This document shows, piece by piece, positions 9,105 through 18,003 of a stretch of DNA of 40,000 nt. The translations under genes and the position numbers were made by a program. The stretch lies in sequence record MT661596.1. One strand, given 5' to 3'. The notes under the pieces are model-generated. The model saw only the letters and a list, made by a program, of their open reading frames with translations, ran no database searches and had not been told where the DNA came from. This stretch comes from Proteus phage 10. Each line of letters starts with the position of its first letter. The first letter of the stretch is position 1.

Positions 9105-11222
9105 ATGCAAACTCCAGAAAATAAAAATAAGGCGATGGCAGACGCAATGGCTTCAGCTTTTGAGCAAAAAGCAAAAGAACAACCGAGTCAGCAAGCAGCA
9201 GCACAACCAACTGCACAAGTGCATTCTCATGCACAGCCTGTAACACCACCGCCTGTATTTAATGCAGCATCTCGTAACCAACAATTTTCTCAAGCAACTA
9301 CCGGAACAAATAACATGAACAACCAAAACCAGCAGCAAAACAAACAATCTTCTCGTCTGTTTGGTATGAACAACACACGTAAACGTGTATTCTCAAACCA
9401 AGACTTCAGCGAGAACTTCCGTCAGGCTGTTGATGCAATTTCTGAGCACATGGATGGTTACCGTGAAGAAGGGTTCAATAAGAACTTCTACATCCTTCCT
9501 TTACAGCAACCAAACCTGAGCTGTTCTTCTTTGCTTTACGTTGGAACGTACTCAGCTGATAACAAAACTCTGGCTTTCGCATTTACAATGATGCTTGAGA
9601 ATACTTCAGCCGCATTGCGCCCAGTAACTGGTCAGGATAACATCACTGGCGAACGTTTTGAAATCGCACGTATGCCTGGTTCACAGTTTGACAACATCTA
9701 CTTCGATGCAGTCGTTTCTGAAATCCGTGGTAAGTTAGGTGCAGGCGTTGAAGTTTACGATGCTGGTGCGACTGTAATCAAATCTGAAATGGATTGGACT
9801 AACAAAGCGGCAATCAACCAACTTCTGAACAACGCAGAAAACGCAACTATCGCAGCTGCTAACCGTAAATCTGGTTACGCTATTGAGCCACCTTTGAACC
9901 TAAAAGAAGAAATCAATCCACAATACGACCGTATTACACTTGGTTTCAACTTTAATACACAACCGCTGTATTCTTTCGACGGTATGCCAGTGCGTAATGA
10001 CGTTGAAGTTAAAATGTCTGTATCTGTTGATGGTGGTGGTCAGGTTCAAACAGCAGAACCATTCATTACGGTAAATGGTTACGTTGAACTGATTGCAGCA
10101 ACTCCACAACAAATTGCAATGCATCAGCAACAAATGTTTGGTAGTAACCCAATGATGTATCAAATGAATCCCCAGATGATGCAGCAAATGGGTTTAACTA
10201 CACCACGTTACTACCCGCAGTTTACTATCACTAACTCTTCTACTGGTATTTCTGATGCAGAAGGCTTAGAGTTCCAACTGTTAGCATTCTACGGTGCGTA
10301 CATGGTGACAACTGGCGGTACATGGATGCATGCGTTTGCACCACGTATGGTTGATGACTTAGACATCGGCGATATCGGTGCAATTAACTACGAACTTGGT
10401 ATGGGTGTAGATGTGACCGATGCTAATGCACGTCCACAGAAAATCGATACCCATGATTCAAGCTTCACCACACAGTCTCTGATTCAGCTGTTAAATGCAG
10501 CATGTTTCCCAGAAATGTCTATTGCTAAAGATATCGAAGAAACCGGTCCGCGCACTTGGGTTGATTCCGCGATGTTACAAGCAGGTGGTATTCCGGGTAC
10601 AACTGTAGCACAACTGTCCGATGTAGGTAAAGCAGCGCACCAAGCAATCATTGATGCGGCTAATAACCTGACTGGTGGTGAATTCGGTAAGCTGTGGACC
10701 GACACCACTAAACTAATCATCGTTCGTGATGGTTCTCGTATCCCTGGTGGTTACTACGTTGGTAAGAACGGCACTAAACTTGACAGCCGTAACGTTGACT
10801 TGTTAGCAGTTCTTAACTTTGTTGGTGATAGCGACCCACGTTTAGTGGAAGAGTGGAAGATGATTTGTTCTGCATCTTCTGGTATGAGTGTTGAGAAACG
10901 TACTTCTCTGCGTCAGCAATACCTGAAGCGTTTCATGGGTGAAAGCTACATCCAGAAATGCTACTACGAGCGTATCGTTGCAACCGGTGACTTCATGGTC
11001 ACTTTAGTAGCAGCATGTGCAGCAGCAGGTTTGGCACCAACTCCAGAGAATACAAACACTCAGTACAATGCAACCAGCTACGGTACACCGCTGGCATCAA
11101 TGTACGGTGTTTCTACTCAGACTCAAAATCCACTGTTCGCAAATCAGCAAGCGTTTTCTAACCCAGCTCAACAGGGTTACCAAGCTGGTTTCCGCACACC
11201 GTTCGGTTTCTACCGTGGTTAA
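9105..11222 (+). CDS. chmA: Candidate major phage nucleus shell protein (chimallin-like)
   Basis: 705 aa with disordered Q/N/A-rich N terminus and polar C-terminal tail; apparent preference for AAC/CTG/CGT codons; early-type promoter motif; directly upstream of the RNAP beta' N subunit, as phiKZ gp54 precedes gp55. No diagnostic motif was checked against a database. Confidence 0.58.
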   Translation: MQTPENKNKAMADAMASAFEQKAKEQPSQQAAAQPTAQVHSHAQPVTPPPVFNAASRNQQFSQATTGTNNMNNQNQQQNKQSSRLFGMNNTRKRVFSNQDFSENFRQAVDAISEHMDGYREEGFNKNFYILPLQQPNLSCSSLLYVGTYSADNKTLAFAFTMMLENTSAALRPVTGQDNITGERFEIARMPGSQFDNIYFDAVVSEIRGKLGAGVEVYDAGATVIKSEMDWTNKAAINQLLNNAENATIAAANRKSGYAIEPPLNLKEEINPQYDRITLGFNFNTQPLYSFDGMPVRNDVEVKMSVSVDGGGQVQTAEPFITVNGYVELIAATPQQIAMHQQQMFGSNPMMYQMNPQMMQQMGLTTPRYYPQFTITNSSTGISDAEGLEFQLLAFYGAYMVTTGGTWMHAFAPRMVDDLDIGDIGAINYELGMGVDVTDANARPQKIDTHDSSFTTQSLIQLLNAACFPEMSIAKDIEETGPRTWVDSAMLQAGGIPGTTVAQLSDVGKAAHQAIIDAANNLTGGEFGKLWTDTTKLIIVRDGSRIPGGYYVGKNGTKLDSRNVDLLAVLNFVGDSDPRLVEEWKMICSASSGMSVEKRTSLRQQYLKRFMGESYIQKCYYERIVATGDFMVTLVAACAAAGLAPTPENTNTQYNATSYGTPLASMYGVSTQTQNPLFANQQAFSNPAQQGYQAGFRTPFGFYRG

Positions 11223-11246
11223 TCCAGTAGTATAATTGGTAGTATT

Positions 11247-11276
11247 GGTGGGAGGATTTCCTCCCACCTTTATGCC
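11247..11276 (+). terminator. Hairpin (GGTGGGAGG/CCTCCCACC) followed by TTATGCC
   Basis: 9-bp stem, loop ATTT, then TTTATGCC; 24 nt after the stop at 11222. Confidence 0.7.
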
Positions 11277-11318
11277 ATTCGCAATCTTTATTTTTTAGTC
11301 AGTGTAAAGGAATTAATA

Positions 11319-12770
11319 ATGAATACTGGTGGTGTTGGTGCTTTTATTAGTGACCATGATGCAAACTTCAATATGTTGAAGAACCCACCTATTATGGTGA
11401 ATCGCTATGACTTGAATATAGAAGATGAACGAAAAGAACTTAATGAACATCTTCATACAGCGTATAACTCAGATATGTTTAGCACAATACCTCAGTGCCG
11501 GTGTGGTCATGAGAAAGGTGCGCATAAGCGAGGTAAGTTGTGTGTTCGTTGTAATAGTGAAGTAGCGCCCGTTACAGAAGAAGCAATAGAATCGCACATG
11601 TGGTTAGGTAAACCTGAAGGGGTGGCTGCGTTCATTAATCCAGAAGTATGGGCTGTGTGGTTTGAGCAATTTGTTATAAAAGGATTCAACCCGTTTGAAT
11701 GGCTTGCTGACCGTTCTTACAAACCAACCAAAGGGGGTGATTACAAGAATAAAGAAATCTATAAACTCGTTTCAAACCTAGGTTATAAACGAGGGTTAAA
11801 TGAACTAATTAATAACTTTGATGATATTGCTAGAGCACTACTAACATCAGATGTGGTTGCTAGACACATAAGTAGTGCAGCGGCTTTACAATCAGCAATA
11901 GATTTTTATAACAAATACCGTCATGTATTCTTTTGTTCGTATTTACCAATGCCGAGTAAACTCGCATTCGTATTAGAAACTAACGCAACAGGTCGTTATG
12001 CAGCACCAGAAATGAAATCAGCAATTGATGCTGCTTTAACAATTGGGTCAGCTAAACGTAAACCTGTCACTGTTAATGATTTCAGATATAACGAATCTAT
12101 CGCAATTAAAACAGTTAGACAGCTTGCTAAGTTTTACGAACAACACGATGCTAAGATTTTTGCAGGTAAACCAGGAACTATCCGTAAGAATATTGCAGGT
12201 AGTAGACTTCCATTTACAGCACGGTGTATCATCACGTCACATACCGGTAATCACGATATGGATGAGGTTGTTATACCAAGATGTTTGGCTATCCCATTAC
12301 TTAAACCTGCAATCATCAATCGATTAAGGGCACACGGTATCGTTAGTCCAGCTGAGCAACTGCGATTAATCCCTGCATCCATCAAACAACCTATCCCAAT
12401 CATTGATAAGATTCTTGACGAACTTATTGAAATGGGTTACACGAATGCGATTACGCTGTTCATACTCCGTAACCCAACACTTAAATGGTTATCCAATAGA
12501 CGGTTCTTCTGTAGAAATATAAACAGAGACCCAGATGACATTTCTATCCGCATATCTACGCTATCTATAGCCAGTTCAAATGCTGACTTTGATGGTGATG
12601 AACTAAACGTTATGTTACAGATAGATGAAGAAGCAATTAAATACGCTGAAGCATTTGGCTCGCATAACTGCGTTCTTGACGCAAACACCCCACTTAAAGT
12701 AAATGGTGATATTGGATTACCAGCTACATTAATTTCAAACATTAACCGCTGGGCATATAGTCACGATTAA
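11319..12770 (+). CDS. Phage multisubunit RNA polymerase, beta' N-terminal subunit (probably non-virion RNAP)
   Basis: Metal-binding NADFDGDE motif; N-terminal Cys cluster CRCGHEKGAHKRGKLCVRCNSEV; R-rich double-psi barrel lead-in. Confidence 0.9.
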   Translation: MNTGGVGAFISDHDANFNMLKNPPIMVNRYDLNIEDERKELNEHLHTAYNSDMFSTIPQCRCGHEKGAHKRGKLCVRCNSEVAPVTEEAIESHMWLGKPEGVAAFINPEVWAVWFEQFVIKGFNPFEWLADRSYKPTKGGDYKNKEIYKLVSNLGYKRGLNELINNFDDIARALLTSDVVARHISSAAALQSAIDFYNKYRHVFFCSYLPMPSKLAFVLETNATGRYAAPEMKSAIDAALTIGSAKRKPVTVNDFRYNESIAIKTVRQLAKFYEQHDAKIFAGKPGTIRKNIAGSRLPFTARCIITSHTGNHDMDEVVIPRCLAIPLLKPAIINRLRAHGIVSPAEQLRLIPASIKQPIPIIDKILDELIEMGYTNAITLFILRNPTLKWLSNRRFFCRNINRDPDDISIRISTLSIASSNADFDGDELNVMLQIDEEAIKYAEAFGSHNCVLDANTPLKVNGDIGLPATLISNINRWAYSHD

Positions 12771-12773
12771 CCC

Positions 12774-12802
12774 GGCATAAAGGGCTAGGGTTCACCTAGC
12801 CC
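12774..12802 (-). terminator. GGCATAA plus hairpin (GGGCTAGG/CCTAGCCC)
   Basis: Same composite element as elsewhere but opposite to the surrounding + genes; strand assignment reflects heptamer orientation only. Confidence 0.5.
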
Positions 12803-12823
12803 AATAATAAGGAGTAATAACCA

Positions 12824-13057
12824 GTGCGCCCAATTAAACAAAAACAAGAGATGGAACTTAGTGAATGGTTCAGTATCATGTTCATTGTCATTATATCAAT
12901 TATCATTACTGTAGCCGCTCTATGCGTCGCCCTTACAGTTTCTGTTATTGCAATTTCAATTAGTGTTATTATCGGATTCTGTACTCTTGTAGTGTTATTC
13001 TTTACCGGTGTTTATGAAAGCATCTTAACTAAATATAAAAATCGTAAAAAGGCGTAA
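12824..13057 (+). CDS. Small two-TM membrane protein
   Basis: 77 aa, GTG start; hydrophobic segments IMFIVIISIIITVAALCVALTVSVIAISISVIIGFCTLVVLFF. Confidence 0.65.
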   Translation: MRPIKQKQEMELSEWFSIMFIVIISIIITVAALCVALTVSVIAISISVIIGFCTLVVLFFTGVYESILTKYKNRKKA

Positions 13058-13059
13058 GT

Positions 13060-13140
13060 ATGACTTCCGTAATCATTACTGTGGTTCTAGCGCTATTATG
13101 CGGATTTGCTTGGTCAAAGACATCGGGGTTATTTAAATGA
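13060..13140 (+). CDS. Putative 26-aa membrane microprotein (MTSVIITVVLALLCGFAWSKTSGLFK)
   Basis: ATG right after the previous stop; stop overlaps the next start (ATGA); single hydrophobic helix. Confidence 0.45.
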   Translation: MTSVIITVVLALLCGFAWSKTSGLFK

Positions 13141-13742
13141 ATTACACAAAAGCAGATATTAACCATCTTAAGATGATAATAAACGACTCAATTAACTCGT
13201 CACCTTACCCTTACAAGATACTACTGGTTACTAATCAGAAAGAAGCAAGACTCGCATTACACTACTTATATGGTCAAGTTGGCGATATGGTTTCTGAGGA
13301 AATCCTTGCAAACACCACCCATACAGTGACTAGAACAGTGGCGTCTACAGCGACACTGTCGGGTAGTAAAGGATTGGCGTATTTAGTTTATATAAGTGAA
13401 AATGCTGTAGGTGAGTCACCTAACGCATTACTTGAGTACCTGACACATGAAGTGTTCCATCTTGTCATGGGTATCTGTAACGCTATAAGACATAAACCTT
13501 TATCAGAGCAAGAACCAATGGCGTATTACACAGGGTCGATTGTTAATCAACTTATCTGTAAATACTACAATAGGGTGAATTATAATCTACTGTCTGTTCC
13601 TGGTGATATTGATGATAGATTAGTAGCATGTGGCGGTTATATGGCGGCTTCACACACGGCAACTAATGTAATTAGGCAACAAGAATCAGGAGATATCAAC
13701 TTCTATAATGATGGTTGGCGTTCAACAAGTTGGTATTCATAA
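13137..13742 (+). CDS. Putative zinc metallopeptidase-like protein
   Basis: LTHEVFHLVMGI (HExxH) with downstream E-x-MAYYTGSIVNQL. Confidence 0.5.
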   Translation: MNYTKADINHLKMIINDSINSSPYPYKILLVTNQKEARLALHYLYGQVGDMVSEEILANTTHTVTRTVASTATLSGSKGLAYLVYISENAVGESPNALLEYLTHEVFHLVMGICNAIRHKPLSEQEPMAYYTGSIVNQLICKYYNRVNYNLLSVPGDIDDRLVACGGYMAASHTATNVIRQQESGDINFYNDGWRSTSWYS

Positions 13743-13746
13743 TAGA

Positions 13747-13756
13747 CCTATATTAC
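13747..13756 (+). promoter_or_regulatory. Promoter-like motif CCTATATTAC
   Basis: Intergenic; 65 nt upstream of ATG 13822. Confidence 0.5.
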
Positions 13757-13821
13757 CTATATGTAGTATAAGGTAACATAAATGGTTTATTTTATAAATG
13801 TAGTAAACAAGTGAGGTGTAT

Positions 13822-14448
13822 ATGGGAATGCTATCCGGCGGCTTCTCTGCAATGGGTTCATACATGACAGGTTCAAGACCGTCACAAACCGCTATGGACT
13901 ATTTTAATAACCAATACCAGAATATAGCAGCAACTGTGTCAACCGCAGGTAATGCAGCTTTACAATCTGTGTATCAAGCAGCAGCAAGTAGTTTTAATAA
14001 CCTAATTCAGTCAAGACCATGGGAATTAGCTGAAGCAGTCATTCGTCAAACGGCACATATCTTTGACCCTAATGTGATTAATGCACTATCTACCTTAGCT
14101 GAATTTCAAACAGCAAAACCTGTCATGCGTCGTTGGGTGATGACTAACCCAACTATACGAACGATGTATCATAATCAGAAAGTAGAGGGTTATGATGGTG
14201 AGTATGAAGATGCACAGCCTGGATTAGTTGGTGAGGCGCACTACGATTACCGTAGAGCAACAAACAGCATGGTGATGTTAAATGATACAGGCTGGTCTGC
14301 AACTACATGGCGCGAACAACTAGTCGCTGATGATGCAGAGTTAAGCTTCTTTAATAAAGCAGATATCTTCAAGACCTGGGATTCATTACTTGGGTTGGTT
14401 GAAACTCAAGAATACGACCCAACGTCTATTTATAATAGTCGCTTGTAA
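13822..14448 (+). CDS. Hypothetical protein
   Basis: ORF; ATG 13822 is preferred to GTG 13816. Confidence 0.75.
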   Translation: MGMLSGGFSAMGSYMTGSRPSQTAMDYFNNQYQNIAATVSTAGNAALQSVYQAAASSFNNLIQSRPWELAEAVIRQTAHIFDPNVINALSTLAEFQTAKPVMRRWVMTNPTIRTMYHNQKVEGYDGEYEDAQPGLVGEAHYDYRRATNSMVMLNDTGWSATTWREQLVADDAELSFFNKADIFKTWDSLLGLVETQEYDPTSIYNSRL

Positions 14449-14460
14449 TTGTGAATATAG

Positions 14461-14490
14461 GGACTAGGGTAAAACCTAGTCCTTTATGCC
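14461..14490 (+). terminator. Hairpin (GGACTAGG/CCTAGTCC) followed by TTATGCC
   Basis: 12 nt after the stop at 14448. Confidence 0.65.
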
Positions 14491-14501
14491 GAGGATGTAT
14501 T

Positions 14502-14879
14502 ATGGCTAAATTAAACCTTAGTATTAATGGACTAAAATTAGTTCAGGTTAAACACCCATCAGAAGTTTTTAGGAAGAATCATCATTTGGTCACTGTTCTG
14601 TATGGTGATAAACTCATCCATAACGGTGATGTTTGTCACGGATTAATGTTTAGGGTGGTTGGTGGGTTAATACCAGCCGAACAATTAGATAAACAAGAAT
14701 TTCATAAATCAGTTTCTTTATCGTTAATGGGTAACCAGAAATACAAATATGTTAAATCCGTATCCGTTACTTCCAATGGTAAGGTATTAGGGTATTTTAA
14801 CCAAACTATGAAAGACGACGTTATCTCATTCAAAACAAGTGATGAGCTTAAAAAGGAATACAATAAATGCCATTTATAA
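14502..14879 (+). CDS. Hypothetical protein
   Basis: ATG at 14502 (MAKLNLSING...) is preferred to the track start 14451, which would translate the hairpin element. Confidence 0.7.
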   Translation: MAKLNLSINGLKLVQVKHPSEVFRKNHHLVTVLYGDKLIHNGDVCHGLMFRVVGGLIPAEQLDKQEFHKSVSLSLMGNQKYKYVKSVSVTSNGKVLGYFNQTMKDDVISFKTSDELKKEYNKCHL

Positions 14880-15211
14880 TTGTTAAAGCCCGTGAAGTAA
14901 TTATCGACGATAATGTTACTTCATTCATTAAAGACCACTATCGTCAAGCTGCCACCATTGTTGATGTCTATATAACTGACAATACTGGTTGTGAAGATAA
15001 ATACTACCTTGAGCTCAATGATGACTTAACCGCGACATTTATTGATAAACAAGGGAATTGGTGGTTTGGGAACATCAGCAGAAAGTATGTAAAAGAAATA
15101 AAAGACAAACTACTGCTTAAAAGAAAACCAAGAGCAAGTCTACGATTTGATTACCAGTTAAGAATCAATAAGGGTAGCTATGCTTATAACCGCGCCGTTC
15201 GCGATAAATAA
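14867..15211 (+). CDS. Hypothetical protein
   Basis: ORF 114 aa overlapping the upstream gene. Confidence 0.65.
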   Translation: MPFIIVKAREVIIDDNVTSFIKDHYRQAATIVDVYITDNTGCEDKYYLELNDDLTATFIDKQGNWWFGNISRKYVKEIKDKLLLKRKPRASLRFDYQLRINKGSYAYNRAVRDK

Positions 15212-15318
15212 CGCTTAAGTTTTAGTTGCAGTTAATTTCAGACCTATATAACGGGAGTGATATAAGTATAAGTAAGACTAATATCACTCGTCTAATTAAT
15301 AACCGTAGGAGATTTACC

Positions 15319-15798
15319 ATGGCTTCAATCAACATTCCTGAGTCTTTTGTTAAGAACATTCGTATTTACATGTACCGTTTAGATGTTAAACGTGACATTA
15401 CTGATGAGTTAATCACTCGCTATGCAGTTGGTGCAAAACGTGCTGGCTACAGACTTAATAGTAGAAGCGCAGCACTGTATGTTGTGGCAACTATGAAAGC
15501 CCACGACATTAGCGACTCGCTAACTGCGGTGGATTGTCGGGATACAGCAGAACTTGTTGCTAATGCTTACATTAAGTTAATTAAACTGGAGGAATCCAGT
15601 GCATCACAAATTAACTTAATAGATATCCTTTCTGCTGAAGCTGCCAGTCTGTCTACTAAGAAACTAGGTATTCTTGGTAAGATGGGCGTCGCCCTTGATA
15701 TCTTTAAAGAGGCAGTTGTTAAAAGAAACAAGGCAGCGGCTTTAAAGACATCACCAGGTAAGCAGATAGCTTTAGCTATTCTTAAGAAAGTTCACTAA
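15319..15798 (+). CDS. Hypothetical protein
   Basis: AGGAG SD followed by ATG at 15319; the track start 15226 is upstream of the SD. Confidence 0.7.
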   Translation: MASINIPESFVKNIRIYMYRLDVKRDITDELITRYAVGAKRAGYRLNSRSAALYVVATMKAHDISDSLTAVDCRDTAELVANAYIKLIKLEESSASQINLIDILSAEAASLSTKKLGILGKMGVALDIFKEAVVKRNKAAALKTSPGKQIALAILKKVH

Positions 15799-15806
15799 TT
15801 CAAGGG

Positions 15807-15828
15807 TTGGGGTGTTCATACACCCCAA
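15807..15828 (+). terminator. Hairpin TTGGGGTG/CACCCCAA
   Basis: 8-bp stem, 9 nt after the stop at 15798; no TTATGCC. Confidence 0.5.
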
Positions 15829-15847
15829 AAAATAGGATGACAATAAA

Positions 15848-16120
15848 ATGAGCCTATCTAAAAGAAGTTTAATTAGTAAATCAAAAAGCCGTTGTGTGTG
15901 GTTACTTATTAAAACAAAATACAGCATCAATAATGCGCGGTGGCACTTATCAGAAGCAAAGACCTATTACATGAAAAGTTGCACAGCAAAACACTCGCCA
16001 TACCCAGAAGGGTTGGTTGGTTATTACAACGATTTATCAAATAGCTCTTACGCTGAATACATTCAAGTTTTGAAACGTCGTAATAGTTTATTAACTTCAA
16101 AATATATAAAACACCAGTAA
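15848..16120 (+). CDS. Hypothetical small basic protein
   Basis: ORF 90 aa with downstream neighbours. Confidence 0.6.
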   Translation: MSLSKRSLISKSKSRCVWLLIKTKYSINNARWHLSEAKTYYMKSCTAKHSPYPEGLVGYYNDLSNSSYAEYIQVLKRRNSLLTSKYIKHQ

Positions 16121-16169
16121 CAACTAAATTACATCTGTATACAAATTAATTACCATTAAGGATTACACC

Positions 16170-16622
16170 ATGAATAAGTCAGAAGCAATTATTGATATTA
16201 AAACTAAAATACAAGTAGCTAATTTATCGGTTTCTGTTTATGAGCCGCTAATTAAAGAAACTATCAGTATCTATTATTCAAATATGTTAAGTGATGTTAA
16301 ACGTGATATTGCCATGGTTACTGAGCGTATTAATTTATTTGTTGATAGCGTTAACCCAACTAATGAAATGATAAGTGCATTCCATAGAAATCAAGACCAT
16401 ATACTTTCAAGAATAGAAAGTAGAATAGCAATTATTAAAAACGCTTATAAACAAGACCAAGATACTTTAAATGAAATAGAAAGTCGTAATAAAGCCATCG
16501 CTGATAAAGCTGCCAAACTAAATAACACAATCACCAAACATAATAACGATACTGTTAAATTAGGAATTGCTCTGTCATTAGGCGCTGCAGCTTTCGCTAT
16601 GTATAAATTAATCACACGTTAG
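16170..16622 (+). CDS. Hypothetical protein, coiled-coil with C-terminal TM helix
   Basis: 150 aa ending LGIALSLGAAAFAMYKLITR. Confidence 0.65.
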   Translation: MNKSEAIIDIKTKIQVANLSVSVYEPLIKETISIYYSNMLSDVKRDIAMVTERINLFVDSVNPTNEMISAFHRNQDHILSRIESRIAIIKNAYKQDQDTLNEIESRNKAIADKAAKLNNTITKHNNDTVKLGIALSLGAAAFAMYKLITR

Positions 16623-16682
16623 ACACTCCTATTTATAACCCATCTATATACAAATTTAATAACCATCTAAGAGGTATACATT

Positions 16683-16835
16683 ATGTTTACATTTGCAACT
16701 GATTTAGCTATCGTATTAGGTTTTGTTCTGTTCATCTGCGTTTGCTACTTAGGTCGCAAATGTTACAAAGATATCAAGGCAGAGTTCGAAGAAGAAACTC
16801 GCCCTCAGGCTGTCCGTAATGTCAACCGCCGTTAG
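16683..16835 (+). CDS. Small membrane protein (50 aa)
   Basis: MFTFATDLAIVLGFVLFICVCYLGRKCYKDIKAEFEEETRPQAVRNVNRR; absent from the supplied track because of its length. Confidence 0.55.
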   Translation: MFTFATDLAIVLGFVLFICVCYLGRKCYKDIKAEFEEETRPQAVRNVNRR

Positions 16836-16845
16836 GTGGTTTTTT

Positions 16846-16880
16846 GAGAGCTCTCCTTTGGAGCTCTCTTTTTTTTTTTG
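16846..16880 (+). terminator. Canonical intrinsic terminator
   Basis: GAGAGCTC...GAGCTCTC stem followed by a long T-run; a second T-run follows at about 16888. Confidence 0.85.
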
Positions 16881-16936
16881 TTATTCTTTTTTTTTTTGTC
16901 TTTGATTATATGTATTGTTATTAAAGGTGACCCAAA

Positions 16937-17344
16937 ATGGCGAGAGAAAAGGTAATACCAACTATGTCAGTTGTTGGGTATGTTACAAACCCAATGAATA
17001 GACTTGACTACTTACTTGCGTATTGGCTGACTACACACTTCCATCAGTCGTACACTGCAAGAACCACCCTACATTCATTCCAATATTTAATTCAACAGTA
17101 TGACGGGGAACCTGATAGATTAGCTGCAGCTGTTTCACGCGATTTAACAGAATACCTAACACCGCACTTTGATAGTGCCGAGTGCACAGCACTAGCGAAA
17201 TACCCTAAAGGCAGAGCTAATACTAAGTTTTATCACCTTAGTATTGGGTTGACAGTAACTCAAGACGGTGTGGGTTACGATATTGTAAGTAAGTTCCTTG
17301 AAGTTAATGACGGTAAATTTAGAGAGATAACAGGTAAGCTATAA
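16937..17344 (+). CDS. Hypothetical protein
   Basis: ORF 135 aa; stop overlaps the next start. Confidence 0.75.
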   Translation: MAREKVIPTMSVVGYVTNPMNRLDYLLAYWLTTHFHQSYTARTTLHSFQYLIQQYDGEPDRLAAAVSRDLTEYLTPHFDSAECTALAKYPKGRANTKFYHLSIGLTVTQDGVGYDIVSKFLEVNDGKFREITGKL

Positions 17345-18003
17345 TGACAAATAAAACTAATCAGACTGAACAGGTTCGTCGTCCTGTTAACATTCATTAC
17401 GAAGCCGGGCGTCGTGGTGAAGCTGTTCTCGCTAAAACAATGGCGACATTCCCCAATAACCACCTACAAGAGTCTGTGTTCATTAAAGACTTTTTACCTG
17501 CGTTACTTGCAGGTAATGAACTACCACCTAACACAGGGTGGCCTAATGCGTGGATAGCAGTTGCTGGTTCAGTGCACGCTGAAGTAGATATTTATCGAGG
17601 GGATGAATACCTATTTACAACACCACCTCTTTATAGAGAGATTGCAGCCGAGGTTAACCGAACTGAAACACCACAACCTAGTGCTATTTCCGCACCTCGT
17701 TCAAGCTGGTCTAATTTAGCATACGACTACCAAGACGCACAGTTTCCAGAACGTGTTGGCGCACAAATGCTTAACAAGATTGAAGAGCATGGTTTTGTGT
17801 GCTCAGCCGCCGACCACCTTGCTGCGTGGGATAAAGTCTTTCTTCGTTACGGATTGGACTACCGCATCATCCGCCGTGAAGTGCATAAACACTACACAGG
17901 TGAGGATGTAAATATTGACAACTTCGGTATATCATCTGAAAGTAATAATTCCGTCAAGATGAATGTCGAGGTAGTGGAAAATGGAGACATTGAAGAGTAT
18001 TAA
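17344..18003 (+). CDS. Hypothetical protein
   Basis: ORF 219 aa. Confidence 0.75.
   Translation: MTNKTNQTEQVRRPVNIHYEAGRRGEAVLAKTMATFPNNHLQESVFIKDFLPALLAGNELPPNTGWPNAWIAVAGSVHAEVDIYRGDEYLFTTPPLYREIAAEVNRTETPQPSAISAPRSSWSNLAYDYQDAQFPERVGAQMLNKIEEHGFVCSAADHLAAWDKVFLRYGLDYRIIRREVHKHYTGEDVNIDNFGISSESNNSVKMNVEVVENGDIEEY

Noticed and set aside
14451-14501. Upstream start at 14451 for the 142-aa ORF
   Set aside because: It would translate across the hairpin/TTATGCC element (MNIGTRVKPSPLCRGCI); ATG 14502 gives a more natural N terminus.
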